Shown: positions 10,891 to 21,343 of the stretch, in pieces
Position numbering within the stretch: the first letter of the stretch is position 1
Layout: every line of letters starts with the position of its first letter
From: an uncultured virus (IMG/VR IMGVR_UViG_3300005530_000005)
Taxonomy: Duplodnaviria > Heunggongvirae > Uroviricota > Caudoviricetes
IMG/VR virus record: IMGVR_UViG_3300005530_000005
Direction: 5' to 3' (one strand)
Length of the DNA stretch: 64,000 bases
Made by a program: the position numbers and the translations under genes
Notes under the pieces: generated by a model
Seen by the model: the letters and a program-made list of their open reading frames with translations, nothing else
The model's database searches: none
Told to the model about the DNA's origin: nothing

Positions 10891-11426
10891 TAGCTAGTTG
10901 CTCCCTGAGTTGGCGGAGACATCAATCCACCAGAAGGTATAGAAGATACCATAGTTGAGGTATCAGAAGCAGTCTTCAAACTTGCTTCAAACTTTTTCAC
11001 TTCTTCTTTGTCAATCTTTTGCTTAACTTGTTTTTGCCGTACTGCGCCAAATAGATCATCATTTTCGCCTTTGAAGGGAGTGTAGCTCGGAATATATTTG
11101 ATACCTGCACGCTTCAAAATATTAACAAAGAAATGCGCTAGCGGCTGCATCAGAATAATACCAAGACTTGGTGTCCAAAGACCTTCTGCGAAACCATGCT
11201 GGATCAACGTCCACAAAACAGCATCAAGTGGTGCCCCCATTTCCATAGTGGCAAGGAAAGCATGAATCTGTTTAGGGTCCTGCATCTTATTCAGAATATA
11301 TTGCATCGCGTCATTAACCTGGGTGAACTTGGGGGGTTGCTCCCAGGGCACACTTCCAGGGGCTACAGTAAGGCTCTCGCCAGGAATAGGACCACTAAAC
11401 TGTGCGCTTGCATGGCTCATCTGCAT
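10890..11426 (-). CDS. Virion-module protein
   Basis: PIPGESLT..PWEQPPKF motif recalled from HMO-2011-type structural modules. Confidence 0.55.
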   Translation of the reverse strand: MQMSHASAQFSGPIPGESLTVAPGSVPWEQPPKFTQVNDAMQYILNKMQDPKQIHAFLATMEMGAPLDAVLWTLIQHGFAEGLWTPSLGIILMQPLAHFFVNILKRAGIKYIPSYTPFKGENDDLFGAVRQKQVKQKIDKEEVKKFEASLKTASDTSTMVSSIPSGGLMSPPTQGATS

Positions 11427-11833
11427 TATGCTGGCCCTCCAGTATCTTGTGAAGTATCAACATTGGATTTAGGAACTGCTACGTCTGGCATATCGGTTGT
11501 TTCTTTTGAGGTTGGCATATTTGTAAAGATATGATTCCATTGGGCTGCCTGCGCATTTGGGTCATATGCAGATTTGGCTGCCGGAGTTTCTTTTTCATTT
11601 AAAGGCTGCTGAGCAGCAATAATTGTTTGACCAGGATTAAAAGAAGGCATAGTAGTTCCGCCTCCGCCGCCTGCAATACCAACACCGCCACCCCCTCCAC
11701 TAGCGCTATTTACAATGGAAGTAACGCCCGCAGCAACACCAACTACAGCGGCAGCAATAGTGAATTGACAGTGATATTTATTTTGCATATCGAGTGCGAA
11801 ATTGTCATGATCTATCATAGAACTTTTTCCCAA
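11426..11833 (-). CDS. Small internal virion protein; start uncertain
   Basis: Ala/Val/Gly-rich N-terminal segment; follows the GNAT gene, similar to T7 gp13-gp14 order. Confidence 0.45.
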   Translation of the reverse strand: MGKSSMIDHDNFALDMQNKYHCQFTIAAAVVGVAAGVTSIVNSASGGGGGVGIAGGGGGTTMPSFNPGQTIIAAQQPLNEKETPAAKSAYDPNAQAAQWNHIFTNMPTSKETTDMPDVAVPKSNVDTSQDTGGPA

Positions 11834-12267
11834 TTCTTTTCAATCGGAGTGTATCCATTTTTTGTCATCATTCTTTCAGGAGCATCGCCCTGAGAAATCT
11901 TAGTAGAACCAAATGCTCTTACACAGCCCATTTCTTTTGCCCATATATCGACTAATTCTTGCAACTTTGACCCAATACCTTTGCCCCAATATTCAGGTTT
12001 AACATAATATTTTTCCATGACAGCTATTTTATTATTCGGCCAATTGAAATTGGGACCTGTCATAAACCACATATATCCGATGAGATTTCCATTATCACGA
12101 ACAGTTTGAATATGTAGCCAACCTAATTCTTCAACTTTAGCGTATCCCGGCCAATCTGGCTGAACAGGAAATAGGTCTTGGTGGGATGCTGTGAGTTTTG
12201 CATGAGCTTCATAAATTGGTTTAAACTCTTCAAGTATATCTTGAAGTTTTTCTCTAAGAAATTCCAT
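11815..12267 (-). CDS. GNAT acetyltransferase
   Basis: YYVKPEYWGKGIGSKL acetyl-CoA-binding motif A. Confidence 0.88.
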   Translation of the reverse strand: MEFLREKLQDILEEFKPIYEAHAKLTASHQDLFPVQPDWPGYAKVEELGWLHIQTVRDNGNLIGYMWFMTGPNFNWPNNKIAVMEKYYVKPEYWGKGIGSKLQELVDIWAKEMGCVRAFGSTKISQGDAPERMMTKNGYTPIEKNWEKVL

Positions 12268-14060
12268 TATCCAATAGGTCCGACATCAGGTGGAGGATTA
12301 ATAGTATCGATAGGCTGCACAGTTAATCCAGAAGTATCAATCGGTGTCGTTGAATTTATCGCTGTCAACCCGCCAAGACCATTGGATAGGTACTTAAGAC
12401 CCGCGCCAAGTAGGTTACTAGCAAAACCACCAACAGCCTGACCAAGCTGCATCTGGCCCTGGAGATTATATTCTTCCTGAAGATAGGCCATAGCATTGAC
12501 GCTATTCAGTGCAGTAGTGGCAAATGAAGCCGCTCTATTCTGTGCATTCTGGCCAGAAGTAAAGGCATAATTGGCGTTATCCCGGAACTCTTGCCAGAGA
12601 TTCGCCATTGCCTGATTCTTCATATTGAGCAGATTGGCAGCATTTGTATTATTTGCCTGATTGATGCCTGCCGTGTTAGCAGTATTAATCTGACGCTGCC
12701 ACTGAACATTAGACTGTGCAATGATCAGGGAGTTATTTGCATTAAACTGTTGCTGCTGCTGCTTAAGTTGCGCGTTGAATTGGGCCAAAGCATTGCCCTG
12801 AGCCGCATTAAATTCTGATGTAGCCGTGTTCTGCGTGGCATTAAACTGCGAAGTTTGCGTAGTTAGTGCAGCATTGCTCTGCGAGATAGCATTAAGCTGT
12901 GCAGCATTGAACTGACTTACTTGCGCCGCAAGTCCGCTATAGAACTGATTAGTTTGGTTCGTAGAAGTCGCATTGAACTGCTTAGAAGCATTTTGTGCAG
13001 CCTGATCCGACATCATAGTCTGGACACGAGCCTGCGTATTGACGATGGCGGTCTGCTGTGCGTTGTTGATATTCGTCAAATTCATATTGGCGAATACATT
13101 AGCATCATTCTGCGCCAAGGGAAGGGCAGCCTGCATCAAAGCGGAAGTAATTGCCTGACCCGCAACACTAGAACCGGCCAATCCATGCGCAGCTAGGGCT
13201 TGATTGGCTGCTGTTACAGCACCCTTAGCCCAATCAGGAACTTGATCCGGGGGGAAATTCATAAGCTCTGAATACTGATTCTGCATCAGAGAACGAGGAT
13301 CAACCTGACCTTGTACTGCCAGAGCCTGAGGCGTCATGGACCCAATAATAGATGCATTATACTGCGCAGCGCCCGGATTAGTTTGATATCCTGCTAGCGT
13401 ACCTGTTGCCTGCCCTGCTATAGCCTGTCCTGCTGTGGCGTGCTGCTGATCAGCGGTAGTATATCCCTGTACTTGTCCTGTATTCGGATTGAGCATATCT
13501 TCAGGATGGTTTTGTATGCCAGTATAGGTTTGCTGCATACTCCCTGGCAGATTGTACTTGCCAGCATTCGCCCCGCCCAACATCTGATTCTGCAGAATAG
13601 CTTCATTCTGACCCTTAGTGGTAGAATTTGGATTAGCGTTAGGGACGTACGTATTGCCATTATTTTGCAGAGCGTAACTTTGCAAACTAGCAGCACCAGC
13701 TAATGTGTTATTTTGCTGAGTTGTAGCTGCATTGGTATTCTGCTGATTTTGGAAACTCTGGTATTCCGGGCTCTGTTTCATGCCTTGAATTGCTTGATCC
13801 AGAGGCATAGATGACCAATAAGCTAGACCTTTAGCATCCGGCTGACGGCCAAATAGCTCCTGGTATGCCTGCGTAATATTGGTAATTTTTCCCGTATAAA
13901 GGGGATCACCCTTTGGAGTTACACCAGCTTTTAAGCCTGTACCTACTGCCGTACCAACTGCGCCGCCCAACCCCTTAGTGGTTCCGGGGGCGGGGTCTGC
14001 GGGCGTAACAGAGGGAGTGACAGGAGTTCCAGTTGGATTGGGCGTTATAGGTGTTGTCAT
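12267..14060 (-). CDS. Gln/Asn/Ala-rich virion (pilot-like) protein
   Basis: Repeated (S)QFNA units; N-terminal YQELFGRQPDAKGLAYW segment. Confidence 0.6.
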   Translation of the reverse strand: MTTPITPNPTGTPVTPSVTPADPAPGTTKGLGGAVGTAVGTGLKAGVTPKGDPLYTGKITNITQAYQELFGRQPDAKGLAYWSSMPLDQAIQGMKQSPEYQSFQNQQNTNAATTQQNNTLAGAASLQSYALQNNGNTYVPNANPNSTTKGQNEAILQNQMLGGANAGKYNLPGSMQQTYTGIQNHPEDMLNPNTGQVQGYTTADQQHATAGQAIAGQATGTLAGYQTNPGAAQYNASIIGSMTPQALAVQGQVDPRSLMQNQYSELMNFPPDQVPDWAKGAVTAANQALAAHGLAGSSVAGQAITSALMQAALPLAQNDANVFANMNLTNINNAQQTAIVNTQARVQTMMSDQAAQNASKQFNATSTNQTNQFYSGLAAQVSQFNAAQLNAISQSNAALTTQTSQFNATQNTATSEFNAAQGNALAQFNAQLKQQQQQFNANNSLIIAQSNVQWQRQINTANTAGINQANNTNAANLLNMKNQAMANLWQEFRDNANYAFTSGQNAQNRAASFATTALNSVNAMAYLQEEYNLQGQMQLGQAVGGFASNLLGAGLKYLSNGLGGLTAINSTTPIDTSGLTVQPIDTINPPPDVGPIG

Positions 14061-14061
14061 A

Positions 14062-15387
14062 TTAAATTCCTACCGCAAACCAAGCAACAGGGACGGCTGC
14101 TCCGACACCTGCCTGAACTGCATTTATATTAAATCCACTTGTTGTAACTGAACTTGAAGAAAGATTTGTAGAAGACAGAGCAACAGGAACACTTGCATCA
14201 TACAAAGTTAACTGAATAGAAAACACTGCTGTACCATAGGTAACAGGTAAAGAAACAGATGCAAGACCTGAGGCATTGGTTGTAACGTGTCCCCACTGGA
14301 AAATTGGCATTCCATTTCCGCCCTGATACCAGCCTGGATTAGCGCTTACCGCAGAGAATTGACCGGATACAAATGCCGTTGTCGCTATTCTCGTGGAATT
14401 ATTGCTCACAAGCTGCGTGGGTGCAGTTGGATTACCCGTCAGTGCTGGAGAAGCAAGAGTAGCATATGAAGCTAGATTAGCTTTAACATGCGCCGTAGTG
14501 GCGATTGCAGTAGAATTATCTGCTGTACTTGCGGTTACGGCTGTGCAGTTAGCTGAGAGATTAGTTCCAGTGATTGCACCAGTGCCGCCTCCTGCGATAG
14601 TTTGGCCCGTGATGGTTAATGTAGCTCCAATGGAACATCCATTTCCTGGGGCAGCCCCTAAAGTGGCATTGTTGATTGTCGGGCCAGCTATCGTAGCATT
14701 GGTGATAGTTTGGCTATTGACATTAAGATTGGCACCAAGCGTAAGCACGCCGGATGTAGTAGTTGCTCCAAGAATGAAGTTATTAAGCTGAGAAGTGCCG
14801 CCACCCGCCAGATTACCAGTAGCTGTTCCACTAAATGCTGGACCAACAATAGCTGGACCGTTATAAGTTCCGCCAGTAATTTGAAACCCTGTTGCAGTAA
14901 CGCCGCCACCAAGAGTTAATGTGCCCGAAGTCGAGCAGCCCCCCAGGATAGCATTCTGAATAGTATTTCCGCCACCGACAATATTTCCACCAAGAGTAAA
15001 CAATCCGCCAGTAGTAGCATTGTTGATATTAGGAGCAGTTAAAGTTATCCCTGTCAGCGTAGAGTGCGTGTCACCAAGATTAAAGGCAGTAGAACCTACC
15101 GTTATTGTGGGATTTTGAATTGCCGAGTTGGGTACTTTTTCATATGTTACTGTATTCAAACTCGTGACCACGGGCACAGTATTGGCTGCGGCACCATTTG
15201 GGTATGATACTTGATTTACAGCAGTGATAGGTGCACCCCCACCTACAGTAGAGCCGTCATGAATATGCCCTGATACAGCATCAAATGCTGCAAGAATTGC
15301 ATTGTATTCATTATTAAAATCCGATGCATTAATTACATTGCCATTAACAATGGATGCAACGCTTTGGCGAGTATAGCCACTAGGCAT
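14062..15387 (-). CDS. Tail fiber protein
   Basis: GYTRQS..FNNEYNAILAAFD..GHIHDG N-terminus; PALTGNPTAPT..NNSTRIATTAFV repeat; C-terminal FQWG domain. Confidence 0.85.
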   Translation of the reverse strand: MPSGYTRQSVASIVNGNVINASDFNNEYNAILAAFDAVSGHIHDGSTVGGGAPITAVNQVSYPNGAAANTVPVVTSLNTVTYEKVPNSAIQNPTITVGSTAFNLGDTHSTLTGITLTAPNINNATTGGLFTLGGNIVGGGNTIQNAILGGCSTSGTLTLGGGVTATGFQITGGTYNGPAIVGPAFSGTATGNLAGGGTSQLNNFILGATTTSGVLTLGANLNVNSQTITNATIAGPTINNATLGAAPGNGCSIGATLTITGQTIAGGGTGAITGTNLSANCTAVTASTADNSTAIATTAHVKANLASYATLASPALTGNPTAPTQLVSNNSTRIATTAFVSGQFSAVSANPGWYQGGNGMPIFQWGHVTTNASGLASVSLPVTYGTAVFSIQLTLYDASVPVALSSTNLSSSSVTTSGFNINAVQAGVGAAVPVAWFAVGI

Positions 15388-17801
15388 TAACGTCTCCCAT
15401 TAACTTGATAATTTAGTACTACAGATCGTACGGTAAAGGGGGCAGAGGTAGCATCATTGCCGGAATATACCAAAGCCATAGTTAGACCTGAGCCAATTGC
15501 GTAATTGAATATTTCAGGATTTCCTGTGGAGTTATATACGCTTGTTCCATAAATTCCTGAGCCATAGAATGCTGCGCTAGAGTCTGTAGTTACTATAGGT
15601 AAGGGAGCAGGTTGATTCGTAGTTGCAGTTCCATAATCAAATGATAACTGCAATGTGAAATTACTTACACCCTCTGAAATAATATTAGTCTTGACTTTAT
15701 AAAATGTTTTACGAAGTTCTGGATCGTCATAACCATTATAAGGCAGTCTAAGCAGATGCGAAATAGGATCACCATCAAAGCTGGTGCCCATCTCTTGTCT
15801 ATACACTTTGCCATTAAATGCGCCGTGAATAACGAATTCAACGCCATTAATATAGTCACTATCGGCACAATAAGCATTTATACCTTCTAATTGAAAGTGT
15901 TCCCAATTATTAGTGACGCCAGTGTAGCTATAGGAAGTTCCTCTAATACAAGTTAACCAGCCCTGTGATACTGCTGACATGGTGCCAGTATTGGATGCGA
16001 ATAATCTGTATTGATTTTTGCCGCGAACAGATACTGCACAGAAGTTATTAGAAGCATACTGATTGATGAAACTTAAAAATCTATCATGTACAGGATCAGT
16101 AATTGCGGCAATTTCCAGATCGCCAATTCGTGTCGTTCCAGAGATAGTGCGAATACCATCCGCTGAAAGGTAGAGAACATCGCCGCTGATTTCTGTTACA
16201 CTATCGGGTGCAACTGTTCCTACATTGCGAGACACATTTGATAGAACAGCATCCGGGCTTCCGCCACCAAAAACAGTTCCGGTAAGAGAACTGATACGGT
16301 TTTCCCCCAAGATATACATGGTCTTCTGCCAAGAGCAGAGTCCTGTAATGGGGTAGCCAACATTGATTACGCCTGCGCCGTCTACAGCACTCCAATTTGA
16401 TTCGTCTTCTGGCGCACTAAAATATAGCAAACTGCCTTTGGCAATGAATATGTAGTTGTTATATTCATAAACCAAAGAACCTGTAGGAGCCTGCGATAGT
16501 TGAACGTAGGTTGTTCCATCCCAAGTGAAGGGGGCGTTTAGACCATCGACTCCAAGGACTTTTTCACTACCAAAATTAAAGTGAGCAAATCGAACTTTAT
16601 TAGGTGTACTTCTGGCTGTGTAAGCTGAAGTCATAGATTCGCTAGCAACAGTCTGTGCGACACTGATTTGATACTGACCTACACCACCCGCAGTTCCAGA
16701 ATCTTGACCTATAATGACTGTTCCAGCACTAATGCCCGATCCGCTAACTACAGCGCCAACATGAAGGGTTCCAGAAGCTACAGCCGAAACAGACAATGTA
16801 GTGCCTGTTGAACTGCTTGTCATGGATTCGGATGGAATGTTCAGAACCGTATTAATTGTGTAGGTCCCTGCTCCACCTGTCGTGCCTGAAACCTGAGAAA
16901 CAATCCGAGTGCCCACAGGAATATTAGTACCTGTTAAAGTGTCACCAATTATGATTGTTCCCGTGACACTGGTAGTTACAAGGGTTGTGCCGTTTCCTGT
17001 CATGCTCTCTGAGCCAACAGTAAAGGAATTTAAATTAAGAAGATATGTACCAGTAGAGCCCACAGCACCAGTAATTTGACTAACAATGGCCGTGCCGCCC
17101 GCAATGCCAGAGCCTTTGATTACTTGTCCTGCGACAAGTGTTCCAGAAGTGATTGCGGTAACATCGAGAATAGAGCCCGTAGTAGACATAGTGACAGCAG
17201 CCACTGTTTGACTAGGGCCGCCAATGTTATATGTGCCCGCGCCTCCAGGAGTTCCTGTCAATTGTGATAGGATTATTGGAGCGCCCGTTACACCTGTGCC
17301 ACTTAGAGTGGAGCCTACAAAAACAAACCCTTGAGTTAGGGAATTTACTGTGAGCGTGTTTCCTGCAATCTGCCCATTAAAGGAAGTCAAAATAATTGAA
17401 GCAGTGAAGTCTGCCCCATTGATTACACCAGTGAATGAAGCACTATTAATAGAGCCTGTAAATGAAGCAGGAGCAGTAGTATTAATCTGGACCCAACCGC
17501 CCGAACCTGGAGAAGTATAAATATTAGCACTTCTAGCAGCCAATACAGCAACATCGGGGAATACAACTACTCCAAGGATTGGGCCGGTGCCGGAAGGTGC
17601 AGCAGATTCAAACTGCTGATAGCCACTGATGCGCCTATAGCCCCCCTTAAGTCCGGCCTCATAATTAATCCCCTCGGCCAAAGCTCCGGGGTTCTGTTGC
17701 GCGGATGTAAGGTCATCTGTGTTATCAGTGATGCCGCCAGTAAATGCAATATGTGCAGTTTGCCAGCGATCCTGAGTTGTTTGAGGTAAATTTCCAGGCA
17801 T
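15387..17801 (-). CDS. Tail nozzle / tubular protein B with four-domain insertion
   Basis: GGYRRISGY, LYFSAP, GDVLYLSADGIR beta-propeller-like motifs; follows the adaptor gene. Confidence 0.8.
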   Translation of the reverse strand: MPGNLPQTTQDRWQTAHIAFTGGITDNTDDLTSAQQNPGALAEGINYEAGLKGGYRRISGYQQFESAAPSGTGPILGVVVFPDVAVLAARSANIYTSPGSGGWVQINTTAPASFTGSINSASFTGVINGADFTASIILTSFNGQIAGNTLTVNSLTQGFVFVGSTLSGTGVTGAPIILSQLTGTPGGAGTYNIGGPSQTVAAVTMSTTGSILDVTAITSGTLVAGQVIKGSGIAGGTAIVSQITGAVGSTGTYLLNLNSFTVGSESMTGNGTTLVTTSVTGTIIIGDTLTGTNIPVGTRIVSQVSGTTGGAGTYTINTVLNIPSESMTSSSTGTTLSVSAVASGTLHVGAVVSGSGISAGTVIIGQDSGTAGGVGQYQISVAQTVASESMTSAYTARSTPNKVRFAHFNFGSEKVLGVDGLNAPFTWDGTTYVQLSQAPTGSLVYEYNNYIFIAKGSLLYFSAPEDESNWSAVDGAGVINVGYPITGLCSWQKTMYILGENRISSLTGTVFGGGSPDAVLSNVSRNVGTVAPDSVTEISGDVLYLSADGIRTISGTTRIGDLEIAAITDPVHDRFLSFINQYASNNFCAVSVRGKNQYRLFASNTGTMSAVSQGWLTCIRGTSYSYTGVTNNWEHFQLEGINAYCADSDYINGVEFVIHGAFNGKVYRQEMGTSFDGDPISHLLRLPYNGYDDPELRKTFYKVKTNIISEGVSNFTLQLSFDYGTATTNQPAPLPIVTTDSSAAFYGSGIYGTSVYNSTGNPEIFNYAIGSGLTMALVYSGNDATSAPFTVRSVVLNYQVNGRR

Positions 17802-18529
17802 TAAAAGAATACTTGATTAAATTGTGGTCCCGCTCGCATATCAGTTAATTTGAGATAATCAATAATATAAATGTTGCGCATGTTTTCAATGCCCTGCTCG
17901 AACGCTGATTTAGCATCCGCAGCAGCCATTGCATTTTCGCGGAAGCGATAGCAATAGTACATAGCACCATTGAAGACTACGTAATCGAATAGATTAGGAA
18001 CACTACTTGGATCATTGTAATTAACAAGACCAGAGTAAGTTTTCCAATACTCATACTCAATTGTGTACGCCTGATCAGGGAACGGATAAACACCAAACTC
18101 TGTGTTCTGTGTGCGATAAATAGCTTTAGGTGGAGCCCATTGAGAACTGTCCTGCTGCTCCGCCAGAGGCTTTAATTTCTGAACATAATCATCCCAGGAT
18201 ACTTGTGGAACCCAAGTAGCAGTTTGTGGGCTCGTAAGATTATCATCCCGAGCAATAAAAAAGGTGTCCCAATCTACACTCCGACAATTGTTCGGCAGAG
18301 CATAGATAGGAACACCTGGAGTTAGTACTTGGGTAGTTTGGACGTGATTCCAAGGCCATTCCCATTGCTGGTTTTGGATATCTCTAATGGCCTTGTTTAC
18401 CGCATTTTTAGCGACAAGTTGAAAACCAATTGCAGATGCAAAATTTCCCGAGGTTAGAGGAACCTCATTAAGTTCCTCTAATACCTCATTAGTTAGATCA
18501 AGAAATTGTGAATATGCAAAGGTGGTCAT
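17801..18529 (-). CDS. Tail adaptor / tubular protein A
   Basis: FLDLTNEVLEELNEV..VNKAIRDI..EWPW..VDWDTF..PFPDQAYTIEYEY. Confidence 0.8.
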   Translation of the reverse strand: MTTFAYSQFLDLTNEVLEELNEVPLTSGNFASAIGFQLVAKNAVNKAIRDIQNQQWEWPWNHVQTTQVLTPGVPIYALPNNCRSVDWDTFFIARDDNLTSPQTATWVPQVSWDDYVQKLKPLAEQQDSSQWAPPKAIYRTQNTEFGVYPFPDQAYTIEYEYWKTYSGLVNYNDPSSVPNLFDYVVFNGAMYYCYRFRENAMAAADAKSAFEQGIENMRNIYIIDYLKLTDMRAGPQFNQVFF

Positions 18530-18538
18530 TCATCACTA

Positions 18539-19018
18539 TTAATTGGGCACAACAGTATCTACGGCATTGACATCCGTGATAATCGCAAACATGCGGGCGG
18601 TGCAATTTACAGCGCCAGTCGCAACAGCGAAGCTCAGGGTGCCAGCAGTAGTGTAGAGGCGATTGGCAGCGGCAGTAAATGCCTTAATGCCAGTGGTCTG
18701 AACAGTAACAGCCGAAGTATAGGTGTTGGTGCCGTCAGTAACCTGGAGAGTACCAGAATTGCCGGCAGTATCCGCGACCGTAACTTCAAAGCCAGCAAGC
18801 TGAACAATACAGCCCGCCGGAACAGTCAGGCAATTAACCGTATCGCCAGCAGCATTGCCGCTCAGAGTAGTGGCATTCGGAGTAAAGCTCGGGAAACCAC
18901 TGTTAGGATAGGTAGTACTTGCAAAGTTGATAATCGCTTCAAGAACGCGGGGAATGCGAACATATTCAGCGGTAAGGGCCTTTGTGGTGCCGCCCTTGGT
19001 CATTACGAAAGTCGTCAT
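18539..19018 (-). CDS. Capsid decoration / minor structural protein
   Basis: Beta-rich Thr/Ala/Gly protein directly after the capsid gene. Confidence 0.55.
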   Translation of the reverse strand: MTTFVMTKGGTTKALTAEYVRIPRVLEAIINFASTTYPNSGFPSFTPNATTLSGNAAGDTVNCLTVPAGCIVQLAGFEVTVADTAGNSGTLQVTDGTNTYTSAVTVQTTGIKAFTAAANRLYTTAGTLSFAVATGAVNCTARMFAIITDVNAVDTVVPN

Positions 19019-19042
19019 TTAATTTTCTCCTTATCTATTCTG

Positions 19043-19975
19043 TTACGACTGGTTCCAGAAAGAGACAACGACTGCCTCTGGACGGAGAACCTTACGACCA
19101 TAAAGGTGCAGACCGCGAACCACATCAGCAAAGCTGTTCTGCGAACGGAAGCTTTCAGTAATTGCAAGCTGCGATGCAGTGCAGGACGAGGACATATGAC
19201 CCGCCAGAATGGTGCCGTAGTTAGCGCCAGAAGTGGCAGTCGGACCTGTGCCGCCAATCGGAAGGTTGTTAGATGTGTAGCACTTGAAGCCACGAATCTG
19301 ACCTTCGGTGATCATGCCGTTACGGAGAGCAGACTCGGCGTCACCAGTAACATTGACGGGGATCAGCTTGCTATTTTCATCGCCCATCAGTTCCCAAAAG
19401 ATTGGATCAGCAACGAACCAACGCTCGTCAGTGGGAACATTGAGGATGTCTAGATAACGCTTCAGACGATTCATAACCTGGAGCGGGGTAAGCTCAGTGC
19501 CCGAAGGAGAAAGCTTAACACCCTGGGGCGAGCCCGTGGTGCCGAGGTTATTACCAGTCTGCGCCTGCGTGGACATATACGTGAGAACTTCTGAATCGAA
19601 AGTATTCTTCAGGTTATAGGCCGCACGATCCGAAGCAAGACTTTCCCAGTTGATGTGGCTCTGACGCTTTTCAATGTCGTCAACTCCAAACTGGAAATAG
19701 TTAGCCTTGTCAATAGTCAGAACGATATCATTGTCGAGAACGTCCTGAGACTGTAGCTGAGTGCCACGAACATACGGACGAACCAGGACTTCCGGCTCTT
19801 TGATGATATGGACGGTATCGCCATAATCATTAATTTCACCAGCATAGTCAGTGTTAGTAATAGCTTCTACAACAGAAACCTTGCGGAACTGCTTGAGAGC
19901 CTTCTGAGAAAAGATAATCGGCGAAAATGCGCCATTGGGAAGATTCCCGTAGCCAGCGGCTGAAGGAAATGCCAT
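19043..19975 (-). CDS. Major capsid protein
   Basis: GYGNLPNGAFSPIIFSQK..ITNTDYAGEI..GDTVHIIKEP..FADVVRGLHLYGRKVLRPEA; strong AAGGAG RBS. Confidence 0.92.
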   Translation of the reverse strand: MAFPSAAGYGNLPNGAFSPIIFSQKALKQFRKVSVVEAITNTDYAGEINDYGDTVHIIKEPEVLVRPYVRGTQLQSQDVLDNDIVLTIDKANYFQFGVDDIEKRQSHINWESLASDRAAYNLKNTFDSEVLTYMSTQAQTGNNLGTTGSPQGVKLSPSGTELTPLQVMNRLKRYLDILNVPTDERWFVADPIFWELMGDENSKLIPVNVTGDAESALRNGMITEGQIRGFKCYTSNNLPIGGTGPTATSGANYGTILAGHMSSSCTASQLAITESFRSQNSFADVVRGLHLYGRKVLRPEAVVVSFWNQS

Positions 19976-20155
19976 TTTTAAAAACTCCTTGTTTATATAT
20001 TTTTGGGAGCTTTAAGACGGCTTCTTAAGATGGTTGTCCAGAAAGGGGCATCTTGAACGAAGGTAGTGTATTAAAGTAGAAACTAGATTACTCTAGTAAT
20101 TAAGGGTGCGGGGCTCTAAGATTAGAGGTAGTCACGCGTTGTTATGTCTATTATA

Positions 20156-20183
20156 ATTATACTGTACTTATTTAAAAAGTCAA
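20156..20183 (-). promoter_or_regulatory. Promoter upstream of capsid gene (TTGACT-N16-TATAAT)
   Basis: Near-consensus hexamers; spacer ends in CAG as at 31077 and 31195. Confidence 0.7.
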
Positions 20184-20184
20184 G

Positions 20185-20388
20185 CTATTTCTTTCCTAAC
20201 TTCTTATTTGCTTTTGCATCAATTTTAGCTTCTGTAGATTTACTCATTGTACCTTTATTTACGGCACGAGAAGCCATTGCTTTGGCAAATTTGGCGTGAC
20301 TCTTATCAGGTACTGGATAGCTTCGTCCTGGGCCTGCAAATGCAGATTTAGGTAATGCTTTTCTCTGTGAACTGGTAAGTTTAGCCAC
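20185..20388 (-). CDS. Small basic protein
   Basis: MAKLTSSQRKALPKSAFAGPGRSYPVPDKSHA; GGAG RBS. Confidence 0.75.
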   Translation of the reverse strand: MAKLTSSQRKALPKSAFAGPGRSYPVPDKSHAKFAKAMASRAVNKGTMSKSTEAKIDAKANKKLGKK

Positions 20389-20408
20389 GCCAAATTCTCC
20401 TTTAATTC

Positions 20409-21296
20409 TTAGCGAGCAGCGCCCGTAATATCATAGACCAGACGGCCTTCCATCTTGGCCTTATCAATTTCAGCTTCCATAGCTTCAAACTGCCGTGCGG
20501 TAAGTTTACGAATCTGAGATTCATAAATCTTATTATCTGCTGTTGGATCGGGGGCAACTTCTGCATTCTGGCGAGTGCGAGTTACAAGTGATGCAGCAGC
20601 ACGAGCGTCATCAGCAGGCTTACGAACCGGAGCTTCTGGCTTCTTAGGCTTAGAAGCCTTGTAGAAATCTATAACTCCAATGACCGCTTCGGGATCATCA
20701 TCATTAACATAAAGAGCATCCTTGACCCACTTAGGCTTAGTGTCTACCCAAGCATGGAACTCGGAATCATCACGAAGTTCATCAAAGTCGGGATGAGCTT
20801 TACGGATACGATTTTCTGCCTTCTCACGAAGAACTTCCTGCTTAAGAGCTTCGACTTCTGCAAATCTAGCATCCTGTACTTCCCGATCATCGAGAACACT
20901 CTTACGAGCGATAGTCTGCATAAGGGCGTAAACATCAGGATATTTTTCTGCCCATTCACTTAATTCTGCTTCCGACTTAGGGAGCTTAATATTTTCATTA
21001 GTTGCTTCGGCAAGCTGGCGTTTATATTCCGCTTCCTTGCGCTTAAAATCATTAATCTGTTCTTGCTGGTAGCGACGAAGATCGCCGTAACGCTTCTTGT
21101 AAGTACTCTCTTCCGCCGTAATATTTTCGGGATCAGGCTGACCTGTATCTGGATCGACTACATCAGGAGCAGCAGGCGGGGCAGCTAGACTAGGATCAAC
21201 TTCATGGCGAGTTGCCGGATCGTCAAAATCTTTTTCAGCTTCATAGAGGTACTGATTATGATAACGTGCGCTACGTGCGATTGCATTTTTAGACAA
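20409..21296 (-). CDS. Capsid scaffolding protein
   Basis: EESTYKKRYGDLRR..WAEKYPDVY..HPDFDELRDD..EGRLVYDITGAAR; between portal and capsid. Confidence 0.8.
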   Translation of the reverse strand: MSKNAIARSARYHNQYLYEAEKDFDDPATRHEVDPSLAAPPAAPDVVDPDTGQPDPENITAEESTYKKRYGDLRRYQQEQINDFKRKEAEYKRQLAEATNENIKLPKSEAELSEWAEKYPDVYALMQTIARKSVLDDREVQDARFAEVEALKQEVLREKAENRIRKAHPDFDELRDDSEFHAWVDTKPKWVKDALYVNDDDPEAVIGVIDFYKASKPKKPEAPVRKPADDARAAASLVTRTRQNAEVAPDPTADNKIYESQIRKLTARQFEAMEAEIDKAKMEGRLVYDITGAAR

Positions 21297-21343
21297 AGTA
21301 ATTTTCCTTTTACTTGGGGGTAGCTATTTCAGCTAGTTGCCCT

